Positions 48,252-56,632 of a stretch of DNA of 64,000 nucleotides are shown in pieces. Location of the stretch: assembly GCA_040380835.1 (NCBI GenBank), contig JBEIIK010000001.1:4810-68809 (forward strand). Direction: 5' to 3'. Position 1 is the stretch's first letter, and every line of letters begins with the position of its first letter. This DNA comes from Ignavibacteria bacterium (GTDB lineage: Bacteria > Bacteroidota > Ignavibacteria > Kapaibacteriales > Kapaibacteriaceae). A model generated the notes under the pieces. It saw only the letters and a list, made by a program, of their open reading frames with translations. It was not told the origin of the DNA and did no database searches. Made by a program: the position numbers and the translations under genes.

Positions 48252-48279
48252 TTGCACACGTCACATTTCGGGTTATTTT
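48252..48279 (+). promoter_or_regulatory. candidate sigma70-like promoter for the 48355 gene
   Basis: TTGCAC (48252-57), a 16-nt spacer, then TATTTT (48274-79), inside a 214-bp AT-rich intergenic region. This is a by-eye match only, and the promoter consensus for this lineage is unknown to me. Confidence 0.25.
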
Positions 48280-48354
48280 AAGGAGTCATGGCACGAGTCA
48301 TGCGTTTCAAAAAGAAAGTTCCTATCTCTTTTTATCACCCCGGGAGAAGAGTCC

Positions 48355-51300
48355 ATGAGACTTGCATCCAATTTCACAATGCGGCTGGCAGCTTTACTGT
48401 TGCTATCTCTTACTTGCATTGGCAGCGTGACGGCCGCTGACACGAAGTCGTCCGAAAAGCGTGGTACGATGGTCCTTTCCGAAGGCCGTCGTTACATGGT
48501 TGCATTCCCACAGGTGTGGGCCAGCCCAACGGAGAAGCCTTTGCCGCAGCCGATGATGCTTTTGATTTCCTCGCGTACACGAACCAAGGTTCGCGTCATG
48601 ACGCCGGCAACGATCAATGAAGCTCCTCGTATGGACAAGGAGTTCACGGTCGAAGCCAATAAGGTGTTGAAGGTGCCGATTGCGGTTGCCTACATGAACA
48701 CCTTGTCAGAGACAAAGACAGGGTTCGGTATCGTGGTGGATGCAAAGACTCCTGTTTCTGTGTCCACGCTCCAGCAGTGGAATGGAAACGGGGAAATGGC
48801 GCGTCATCTTCCGGTGGAAGGATGGGGCAAGAATTATTATACCATGAACTTCTACCAGGATCGTTACGGCTCTCCTGCGGAAGGGTATAACTACCGTCCA
48901 AGCCAGATTCTGGTGATCGCCGATAAGGATAACACTGTCATCACATACACGCCGACTTTCGCAACTGAAGGCGGAATGGAAACGTCGCCCGTTAAAAAGG
49001 GGGCTTCCCAGACGATCACCCTTGAAAAGGGTGAGTGTTTCCTCATCAAGGCCAAGATCGATGAGCTCAAGACCAAGGAATGGGAGACGGATCTGTCGGG
49101 TACAATGATCAGGGCAAGCAAGCCCGTTGGAGTTATTTCCGGACATACCAAGGTTGGTATCCTGCGATTCCCTGACATTCTTGTAGGTCTGGGCGGTTCT
49201 TCGCCTGCCCACTTCGTGCGTAACAACGTTCATGACGCTATGCTTCCGATCGAAATGGCCGGAACAAAGTTCGTAACTGTCCCCTGTCGTTACACGTCAA
49301 CGCGTATCACCGGTAAGGCCTCTGCCGAATTCGGAGTAGAAGACGACCGTGGCGATGTGATCCGTGTGATTGCCCTCGAAGACAACACTACGGTTCGGAC
49401 CATGCGTCAGGATGGTTCCTCGATGAAGAATGAGTGGGTCCTTCGCAAAGGCGAAACACGTATCATGCCTTCACTTGAAGTAGCCACCTACTGGGAGTCA
49501 GACAAGCCGATCCTCATGGGTCAGTACGGTAAGTCGTACGCAAAGGATCGCGGAGTTGCCGTACGTGGTTCATCCAAGGGTGAAGAATCAGCACTTGGAC
49601 ACCCGAGCGTTGAGTCCGGAATGCCGATGCTCCAATACATCCCATCGACGGATCGCTATGTAGAGTATGGGGTGTTTAGCGCTCCTGAAGGGATGGACAA
49701 TTTCATGAACATCGTCTTCAAGGCCAATGAGGTAACGAAGATCAAGTTCGACAACAAGGCACTGAATACTCTTGGTGCAATGCGCTATCTGAAGGGTACT
49801 GATTATGCGTGTTTAGCCGTGCCGGTTGGTGCTGGCGATCACGTGATCGAGTCGGTAGATCCTTCTGTTCGCTGGTCAGCCTGGACCTATGGCTCGCTGG
49901 ATGGTCTTACTCAAGGCCGCGCTTACGGAACGCCAATATCCATTGACATGACGATTCCTTGCAATGATTCGGTCGCTGTGAAGGAAGAAATCGTCTGTGG
50001 TGACATTGATGCTGAGGGTAAGATCCTTCCGGAGAATGTATCATGCGGATCGATCTTTGCCGTCTATCCTGAGCAGTTGTCGAACTACACGCTGACCGTT
50101 GATCCGGAGTTTAATACCGGAGATAAGACGGCCAAGTTCAAGCTTACGGTCGATGACAAGACGAAAGACGCTATGGCTGTTGTCCGTGTCGTTACTCGGT
50201 CAGGCAAGTTTGTCGAAAAGACGTATACATACACGGCAGACAAGATCTCGTGGACGCCTGCTCGTATCAATTTCGGAACGATCGCATTCAACACGCCGGA
50301 GTCGGCCACGCTCACAATTAAGAACGAAAGCACAGATCGTCCGGTCAACGTGCGGAAGGTGACCGTCAAGGCCTTCAATACGATCTTTGTTTGCACACCG
50401 AGCGGTAGTTTCACACTAGGCCCGAGCGAGTCGAAGGACGTCAAGGTTACTGCAACTATTCAGTCCGCTCCGGAAGTGGTGGACACTGTGCTTGTGGAAC
50501 TTGAGTGCTTTACCGTGAAGACGGCTGAGCTGCGTGTCCGTGGCGAGCAACCACAGATCTACGTATCAGATGTCAACTGGGGTCAGATCCCTGCCAGCTC
50601 TCCTGGAGTCGAGCGCAAGGTGATCATTCAAAATGGTAGCCGCGTCGATCTTCTTCTCAGTGGCTATGACCAGTCGAAGCTGGATGGTAGTGGTAAGTTC
50701 TTTGGTGCACGCACGCTTGATGGTAAGCCACTTGCGTCTGCTTTCCCGATGTCCATCCCTGGCAACGGCAAGTATGAGTTCTTTGTGACATACTCACCGA
50801 AGGGCGAGGCCAACACTCCTCACAGCGTTTCTGTGCCGTTCTTCTCGAATGCCGTCGAAGTTGACTCGATCGCTGTCCTTGAAGGTAGTGGCGTGACGTC
50901 TAATCTCACTGTGGTAGCCGAACCATGGAACGAGCGCGTGATTGACGTGGTTCAAAAGAATCAGAGTATCACCGAGTATCGCAAGACGGTCACGTTCTAC
51001 AACTACGGAAACCAGCCTGCGATGTTCAATGCACCGCAGATCCGCGGCAAGGACAAAGATGCGTTCCGTATTGTGGACAATGGCACGGCCGGTTCATTCC
51101 CAGTCCAACTTGTTGGCGGAGGAGCAGATCAAAGTCGCACGGTAACGGTAGCATTCGTCCCGAACGAATTGCCAAACCGCGGTGCAGAGCGCAACGACTA
51201 TCAGGCCGAGATTGTCTTCGAGACCGATTCAAAAGAAAAGAGCGAAGTAGGTCAGGCGCTTATTGCGACAGCATGGCAGCCACAGGTCAAGGGAGAAAAT

Positions 51301-52854
51301 CTTGATTTCCCCGGCACAATGAATCTTGGTGAGGCTGCACGGACGCTAACCATTCCGATCTCCAACGTCAGCAAGGACGACTTGTCGAATCCAACAACTG
51401 GAAACGTCAAGGGTACGGCAGATGTGATCATAACCGGTATCCGGATCACAGATCCGAATACAAGGTTTGAGCTTCTGAATGCTCCAACACCGCAGAATCC
51501 GTGGCGTATCAGGCCTGACGAAGCTCCGATGCAGCTTCAAGTGCGCTTTGATCCGCAGTTCTCAGGTACGTTCTCATCACCATACGTGATCGAGACGAAT
51601 GTTGGAACAAACGGCCAGGCACCATACGAGCCTACCTACACGATTACCGCTCGCGTCCAAGGTGGTGATTTCACGGTCACCGGTGATGCCGGAGATCAGT
51701 ACGTCTTCAACGAGAAGATTCTCAAGGTAAAGGTTACTCACAGTGAACTCGTGACTCGCCGCTTCTCGTATGCAGACTTCACTGAAGGTCCTGATGCATC
51801 AAGCTTTATTGTCCTGCCTCACAAGTCAACTGGCGCGAACTACCTTGACATTGCACCAGGTGAAACTGGTGAGATCGATGTTCGATTTGTTCCGAGCTTC
51901 GTGACGTCAGTAGAAGCTGGGCAGTCGGATCTGTCATCGGTCAAGGCAAAGACACAGGGACTTATCCGCCGTAATGAAGTTCACACCGCTACACTCAAGA
52001 TCACCGAAGAGCTCACCGGCAAAGAAAAGCTTGCACAGCTTTCAGGTAATGGCAAGTTCCTCGAAACAACAAACTTCATTGGTGATCAGTACAACGCCGA
52101 TCCGGGCGGAAGCGTCGATGTAGCAGTTGAACTCAAGTCTTCGCCACAGGCCATTGACGTGGCAAAGGTTACTGAGATGCGCGTTCGTCTCAACTACGAT
52201 CCTCGTCTTGTCAAGCCACGAGCCGATATCAACGATATCATCCTTGCCGGAACTCAGATGGAAGGCTGGACGGTGAAGAAGTCATCTGTTACAGGTAGGC
52301 CAAACGATCCTACGAACCAGATTGAACTCGATCTCGTTGATATGCGTGCAACGAAGACGCCACTCAGCAGCACGAGCAAGCTGGCTATGTTCAAGGTCAA
52401 GTTCGATGTGTTCTTCGGTCAGTCGGTACAGGGTACCTTCTCGACGCCGGTTTCGGTGTACTCGTACTGGGTTGACCTGGATTCATCAAACAACCGTGAC
52501 GATTACGTTCTCGTCAACGATCAGCCTGGAAAGATTACCGTAAACCTTCCGTGTGCCAAGGTTCGCCGTCTGGCCAACATCAGCACAACGAGCTATGGTG
52601 TCAAGCCAGTGCGTCCGAATCCAGTGGTAAACACTGGCGTGATCTCCTTTGGTGTCGGTATCGCAGCTCCAACGCGTATCGAGCTTTTCAACTCCATGGG
52701 TGAGAAAGTAATCACGCTCATCGATCAAAAGCTTGATGTTGGTGAGTATGATCTCACACTTGATGCGAATCGGATTCCTGCCGGAACCTACTTCTATCAA
52801 GTCCTCTCCGGACCGTTCACCAGCGAGCCTCAGACTTTGACGATCGTCAAGTAA
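48355..52854 (+). CDS. giant T9SS-secreted protein, paralog of 40909..44916 (IgGFc-binding-N-like head, ASH/choice-of-anchor-D repeats, cohesin-like module, type-A T9SS CTD)
   Basis: ATG 48355 (alternatively 48379), with signal peptide 'MRLAALLLLSLTCIGSVTA'. Head-domain motifs are 'RRYMVAFPQ', 'KGECFLIKA', 'DLSGTMIRASKPVGVISGH'. Repeats include 'INFGTIAFNTPESATLTIKNESTDRPVNVRKV'. The cohesin-like part is 'GGSVDVAVELKSS...RVRLNYDPRLV'. The CTD is 'RPNPVVNTGVISF...ELFNSMGEKVITL...AGTYFYQVLSG...LTIVK'. Confidence 0.8.
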   Translation: MRLASNFTMRLAALLLLSLTCIGSVTAADTKSSEKRGTMVLSEGRRYMVAFPQVWASPTEKPLPQPMMLLISSRTRTKVRVMTPATINEAPRMDKEFTVEANKVLKVPIAVAYMNTLSETKTGFGIVVDAKTPVSVSTLQQWNGNGEMARHLPVEGWGKNYYTMNFYQDRYGSPAEGYNYRPSQILVIADKDNTVITYTPTFATEGGMETSPVKKGASQTITLEKGECFLIKAKIDELKTKEWETDLSGTMIRASKPVGVISGHTKVGILRFPDILVGLGGSSPAHFVRNNVHDAMLPIEMAGTKFVTVPCRYTSTRITGKASAEFGVEDDRGDVIRVIALEDNTTVRTMRQDGSSMKNEWVLRKGETRIMPSLEVATYWESDKPILMGQYGKSYAKDRGVAVRGSSKGEESALGHPSVESGMPMLQYIPSTDRYVEYGVFSAPEGMDNFMNIVFKANEVTKIKFDNKALNTLGAMRYLKGTDYACLAVPVGAGDHVIESVDPSVRWSAWTYGSLDGLTQGRAYGTPISIDMTIPCNDSVAVKEEIVCGDIDAEGKILPENVSCGSIFAVYPEQLSNYTLTVDPEFNTGDKTAKFKLTVDDKTKDAMAVVRVVTRSGKFVEKTYTYTADKISWTPARINFGTIAFNTPESATLTIKNESTDRPVNVRKVTVKAFNTIFVCTPSGSFTLGPSESKDVKVTATIQSAPEVVDTVLVELECFTVKTAELRVRGEQPQIYVSDVNWGQIPASSPGVERKVIIQNGSRVDLLLSGYDQSKLDGSGKFFGARTLDGKPLASAFPMSIPGNGKYEFFVTYSPKGEANTPHSVSVPFFSNAVEVDSIAVLEGSGVTSNLTVVAEPWNERVIDVVQKNQSITEYRKTVTFYNYGNQPAMFNAPQIRGKDKDAFRIVDNGTAGSFPVQLVGGGADQSRTVTVAFVPNELPNRGAERNDYQAEIVFETDSKEKSEVGQALIATAWQPQVKGENLDFPGTMNLGEAARTLTIPISNVSKDDLSNPTTGNVKGTADVIITGIRITDPNTRFELLNAPTPQNPWRIRPDEAPMQLQVRFDPQFSGTFSSPYVIETNVGTNGQAPYEPTYTITARVQGGDFTVTGDAGDQYVFNEKILKVKVTHSELVTRRFSYADFTEGPDASSFIVLPHKSTGANYLDIAPGETGEIDVRFVPSFVTSVEAGQSDLSSVKAKTQGLIRRNEVHTATLKITEELTGKEKLAQLSGNGKFLETTNFIGDQYNADPGGSVDVAVELKSSPQAIDVAKVTEMRVRLNYDPRLVKPRADINDIILAGTQMEGWTVKKSSVTGRPNDPTNQIELDLVDMRATKTPLSSTSKLAMFKVKFDVFFGQSVQGTFSTPVSVYSYWVDLDSSNNRDDYVLVNDQPGKITVNLPCAKVRRLANISTTSYGVKPVRPNPVVNTGVISFGVGIAAPTRIELFNSMGEKVITLIDQKLDVGEYDLTLDANRIPAGTYFYQVLSGPFTSEPQTLTIVK

Positions 52855-52871
52855 TCTGACCGGATTATTAC

Positions 52872-52916
52872 AAACGCCCCCTTCCGGTGGAACCGGCAGG
52901 GGGCGTTTCTTTTTTT
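52872..52916 (+). terminator. strong rho-independent terminator
   Basis: Stem AAACGCCCCCT (52872-82) pairs with AGGGGGCGTTT (52898-908), with an inner CCGG/CCGG pairing, followed by CTTTTTTT. Confidence 0.85.
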
Positions 52917-52956
52917 AGCATGTTGGTACAACTACCACCAGGGAACACCGAATTTC

Positions 52957-54480
52957 ATGGAAACGACTCTCAGGATATACCTCGCAGTAACATTCGTCAT
53001 CGCACTCGCAGGCACGAATCTCTATGCTCAAAGTCCGGGTACTATACCATGGACGCCAAAGGTGACAGTGGAAATGGCGCGCGTGGCAATTCAAGTGCCA
53101 CCTCGCTTGGCGTCGCTTGCAATTGATCCGGTTCAAAATGCGCTGACCGTGCCGAAAGGGTGGTCCGTAAGTGTCTTTGCAGCAACCGGTATGAACAAGG
53201 GACGCTTCATGGCATGGGGTCCCGATTCGGTACTCTTCCTTGCAAACATGAATGGCAACAATGTTCTGGCGTTCCCCGACAGGAACCGTGACGGCGTGGC
53301 TGATACTGCCATTATTGCAGCACGGGGCTTTTCAGGCGGACATGATGTGCGATTTGTGAGAGATACGATGTATGTGGCACAGGAAGGATCGCTTGTTCGA
53401 CTCTGGCGCAGCGATCCGACGACATTGATTTATGACAGGCGAGTGACCGTTATAGATAAGTCTGTACAGCCAAATCAACTTGGTGGCAATCATCGTACAA
53501 GAACGGTTGTGGTGGATACCATTCGTAGGAAGATCTATCTCAGTGTAGGTTCTCGCGGCAACGCCGATCGTGAGGCGGATCGCGCTCTCATCGAAGAATA
53601 CGACTATGATGGAGCAGGCCGACGTGTGTTTGCGGCTGGCGCGCGAAATAGTGTCGGCATGACGCTCCACCCGAGAACGGGTCAGCTATGGGCAAACAAC
53701 AATGGAAGCGATAACCAAGGCAACAATGTCCCACCTGAGTGGGTCGACATTGTCAGAGATGGTGGGTTCTATGGATACCCCTATGCCTATCATCACCAGA
53801 GGTACTTCTCCTTCGGTGGAGATTACTCAGACCTGTTGCCAATCACTGCCGCCGATTCTGCGAAGGTTCGCTCAATGGTCCCCCCGGCGGCTCTCGTTGA
53901 CGCTCACTGCGCACCGATGGCCCTGGAGTTTACACCGTCAGGCTTTGGCAACGGCTATGACAATGGGATGTTCATGGTCATGCGCGGTTCGTGGAACCGC
54001 ACTCCTCCGAGCGGAGCAAAGGTGGTCTTCCTGAGGTTCGATTCAGACCTGGACACGATCGCCAACAGCGCTGAAGAGTTCTGTGCTGGATTCATACGTG
54101 ACACCAACAATCAGACTACGAGATGGGCTCGTCCGGTTGGACTGGCGCTCAGCGCTGATGGATGCGTGTATGTATCGATCGACGAAGGCAAGCAATGCAT
54201 CCTGAAGTTTACGCCGCCCAAAGCCCCTTCCTCAACGAACGAAGATGAAAGCGATGCGCCGCCGCGGGTGCGCTGGTTCGATGATCGACTTGCGATCTCC
54301 AGTGCCGACCCATCGTCCTTTGTGGCCGTGGTTGACCTGGCCGGAAAGCTTATGCATCAGGCCAACTTCTCAGGGGGCGAACTCGTTGTCGACACTTCAA
54401 CCTGGCCGCAAGGTCTCTACGTGGTTCGCACGGTCAGAAATGGCGTTGTCGGCACGGTTGCAGTACGTGTCACTCGCTAG
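52957..54480 (+). CDS. PQQ-dependent sugar (glucose/sorbosone) dehydrogenase-like beta-propeller with T9SS CTD
   Basis: Signal peptide. 'GGNHRTRTVVVD', 'LYLSVGSRGNADRE', 'VFAAGARNSVGMTLHPRTGQLWANNNGSDN' and 'GGFYGYPY' are typical of the soluble quinoprotein dehydrogenase family. The C-terminal 'VAVVDLAGKLMH...GLYVVRTVRNG...VRVTR' is a sorting domain. Confidence 0.6.
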   Translation: METTLRIYLAVTFVIALAGTNLYAQSPGTIPWTPKVTVEMARVAIQVPPRLASLAIDPVQNALTVPKGWSVSVFAATGMNKGRFMAWGPDSVLFLANMNGNNVLAFPDRNRDGVADTAIIAARGFSGGHDVRFVRDTMYVAQEGSLVRLWRSDPTTLIYDRRVTVIDKSVQPNQLGGNHRTRTVVVDTIRRKIYLSVGSRGNADREADRALIEEYDYDGAGRRVFAAGARNSVGMTLHPRTGQLWANNNGSDNQGNNVPPEWVDIVRDGGFYGYPYAYHHQRYFSFGGDYSDLLPITAADSAKVRSMVPPAALVDAHCAPMALEFTPSGFGNGYDNGMFMVMRGSWNRTPPSGAKVVFLRFDSDLDTIANSAEEFCAGFIRDTNNQTTRWARPVGLALSADGCVYVSIDEGKQCILKFTPPKAPSSTNEDESDAPPRVRWFDDRLAISSADPSSFVAVVDLAGKLMHQANFSGGELVVDTSTWPQGLYVVRTVRNGVVGTVAVRVTR

Positions 54481-55732
54481 GTGCGGACGTCGGCAGCTCG
54501 GTCAGGATCACCTGTAGGTATGCAGCGGACGAGCCGGTATTATTGCTGATGTAGTCACGGCAGGCATGTCGTGTGGCATTTCGATATACCGGATCGTTGA
54601 TATGCCGTAGCCATCGTCGCGCGTCATCAATGCCCGTCAGGACTTGCAGCGCGTCAGTTGCAACCAGGGGCGCGGCATCGCGCGAGCGCTCAATGCGCGG
54701 TCCACAGGCCAGCGGGACTCCAAAACCGGCCGGCTCAGCCAGTGAATGCACTCCAGCGCCAAAGCCTCCACCAACATACGCGGCCGTTGCTGAAGAGTAT
54801 AGTTCGAGCAGACGCCCGACGCTGTCAACCAGAATGTGCGGGGTATCTGCCGATAGTCCATTGACCAGCCGGGACAAACGCCTGCACGAAACGCGCTGTT
54901 CGATCGACCGCAAGGCGCTTTCTGATGGTTCATGCGGGACGATCACCAGGCGCCAGTTTAAGCATGGGGTGGCCGCAAAGGCCGTAAGCATCATCGTCTC
55001 ATCGTCAGGCCATGTACTTCCTAGTACAAGTGTCTTGCCCGACCATTCAGGTAGAATGGGAGAACTTGTGGCAGAGCGTTGAACGCGCTCCATCACACGG
55101 TCCAGGCGTGTGTCTGGCTGCCAGTGTACGGGGCGCTCAAGCAGGTCGCCCAGTTGCGCTGCATCCAACGGGCTTACCGCCGTCAGACGGCTGATCATTT
55201 CATACAACCGACGCGTGAAACCCCGCATCAGGGGCCAGTGGGCCGAACTCGGCATCGTGGCGTTGATCAAGTGGATCGGTACCGATCTGCGATGCAATTC
55301 ACTGATCATCGCCGGCCAGAGGTCATAGCGGTCGATGATCACCATCAGCGGGTCAATAGCTGCGACAAACTTCCGCATGGCCCTTTGCCAGTCAAGGGGC
55401 AGGTAGAGCGCATGATCGATACATGCCTGCCTTACTGCGTGCTCGCGTCCTGACGGCGAGGTGCAGGTTGAGACGAAGCACAGATCGGGGCGAAGTTCTC
55501 TTAGGCGTTCGATGATCGGCAGCAGCTGCTCAAGCTCGCCCATGGAAGCCGCGTGGAACCAAATTCGCCGCCTTTGGTCAGTGGCAAGAATAGAGGCGGC
55601 ACTCTTCCAGATGGATGCTTCCTTATCTCGTCGTTGCCTGACTTTTGCGTTGAACGGGGCAAGTATACAAATGAGCATGCGTAAGACCGGTAAGGCCAGG
55701 CTCTGATACAGCCCCATGTAAAGCCCTGACAC
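54470..55732 (-). CDS. waaA: 3-deoxy-D-manno-octulosonic acid (Kdo) transferase
   Basis: 'IWFHAASMGELEQLLPIIERL' and a GT30 C-terminal half ('VGGGFG..G.HSLAEPA..G.P...GP'). Starts at GTG 55732 or ATG 55717. The 3' end overlaps the convergent 52957 gene by 11 nt. Confidence 0.85.
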   Translation of the reverse strand: MSGLYMGLYQSLALPVLRMLICILAPFNAKVRQRRDKEASIWKSAASILATDQRRRIWFHAASMGELEQLLPIIERLRELRPDLCFVSTCTSPSGREHAVRQACIDHALYLPLDWQRAMRKFVAAIDPLMVIIDRYDLWPAMISELHRRSVPIHLINATMPSSAHWPLMRGFTRRLYEMISRLTAVSPLDAAQLGDLLERPVHWQPDTRLDRVMERVQRSATSSPILPEWSGKTLVLGSTWPDDETMMLTAFAATPCLNWRLVIVPHEPSESALRSIEQRVSCRRLSRLVNGLSADTPHILVDSVGRLLELYSSATAAYVGGGFGAGVHSLAEPAGFGVPLACGPRIERSRDAAPLVATDALQVLTGIDDARRWLRHINDPVYRNATRHACRDYISNNTGSSAAYLQVILTELPTSAPSE

Positions 55733-55746
55733 GGTGTGTGAGCCCC

Positions 55747-56529
55747 TTACCTGCCGGTAAAGACAGCCGGACGCTTGTCAAGGAATGCTTTTGTTCCTTC
55801 CTTGAAATCATCGCTTGCGCACGTGCGCGCAAACACACTGGCCTCAATGGTCATGCCCTCGAGTGCCGAGGAATTTTCAGCTGCCTGAGTGGCTTCAAGA
55901 CATGCCCTGAGCGCCAGCGGAGCTTTGCCGGCCAGAATGCGCGCAAAGGCAAGGGTCTGCTCGATAAGCTCAGCAGCCGGATACACGCGATTGACGAGTC
56001 CGAGTCGATGTGCCTCCTCGACTCCTACCATCTCTCCCGAGAGGATGAGCTCAATGGCCTTAGCCAGCCCAACCAGACGCGGTAGACGCTGCGTTCCGCC
56101 GTATCCGGGAATGATGCCGAGATTGATCTCAGGCTGACCGAAGCGTGCTGTATCCGCGGCAAAACGTATGTGACAGGCCATTGCCACTTCGCACCCTCCG
56201 CCAAGGGCAAAGCCGTTGACAGCGGCGATCACCGGAATACCGAGATGCTCGATCAGAGAGAGTACGCGCTGGCCACGTTCGGCAAAAAGTCGGCCCGAAA
56301 ACCCATCCTGCTGATGCAGCAGGGCAATGTCCGCGCCTGCAGCAAAGGCCTTAGGACCTGAACCCGTGATCACGACAACCCGCGCTAAAGGATCGGCCTG
56401 CACATGACGCAGTGTTTGCTCCAGGGCATCCAGCAAATCTGCATTCAAGGCGTTGAGTTTATCCGGACGGTTCAGGGTGATGACGGCTACACCGTCGTTC
56501 ATTTCCAGGATTATGGTGTCGTTGATCAT
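55747..56529 (-). CDS. enoyl-CoA hydratase (crotonase family)
   Basis: 'ITLNRPDKLNAL', 'VVITGSGPKAFAAGADI' and 'IAAVNGFALGGGCEVAMACHIR'. Confidence 0.88.
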   Translation of the reverse strand: MINDTIILEMNDGVAVITLNRPDKLNALNADLLDALEQTLRHVQADPLARVVVITGSGPKAFAAGADIALLHQQDGFSGRLFAERGQRVLSLIEHLGIPVIAAVNGFALGGGCEVAMACHIRFAADTARFGQPEINLGIIPGYGGTQRLPRLVGLAKAIELILSGEMVGVEEAHRLGLVNRVYPAAELIEQTLAFARILAGKAPLALRACLEATQAAENSSALEGMTIEASVFARTCASDDFKEGTKAFLDKRPAVFTGR

Positions 56530-56632
56530 GACGCGAAACTACGACGTTCGAAGGCCTAACGCATGGCTTGCGCCAGTAACTGTGTATAACTCCGTCCGAT
56601 TGATCAAGACGCAAGTCCTAACTTTCCCTCGT

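Noticed and set aside
48288-48440. A 50-codon upstream ORF starting at ATG 48288 right after 'AAGGAG', overlapping the start of the giant gene in another frame.
   Set aside because: The Shine-Dalgarno-like motif is only 2 nt from the ATG. The peptide has no features, and the ORF overlaps the signal-peptide coding region out of frame. It is more likely part of the 5' leader. I have kept it only as a note for ribosome-profiling checks.
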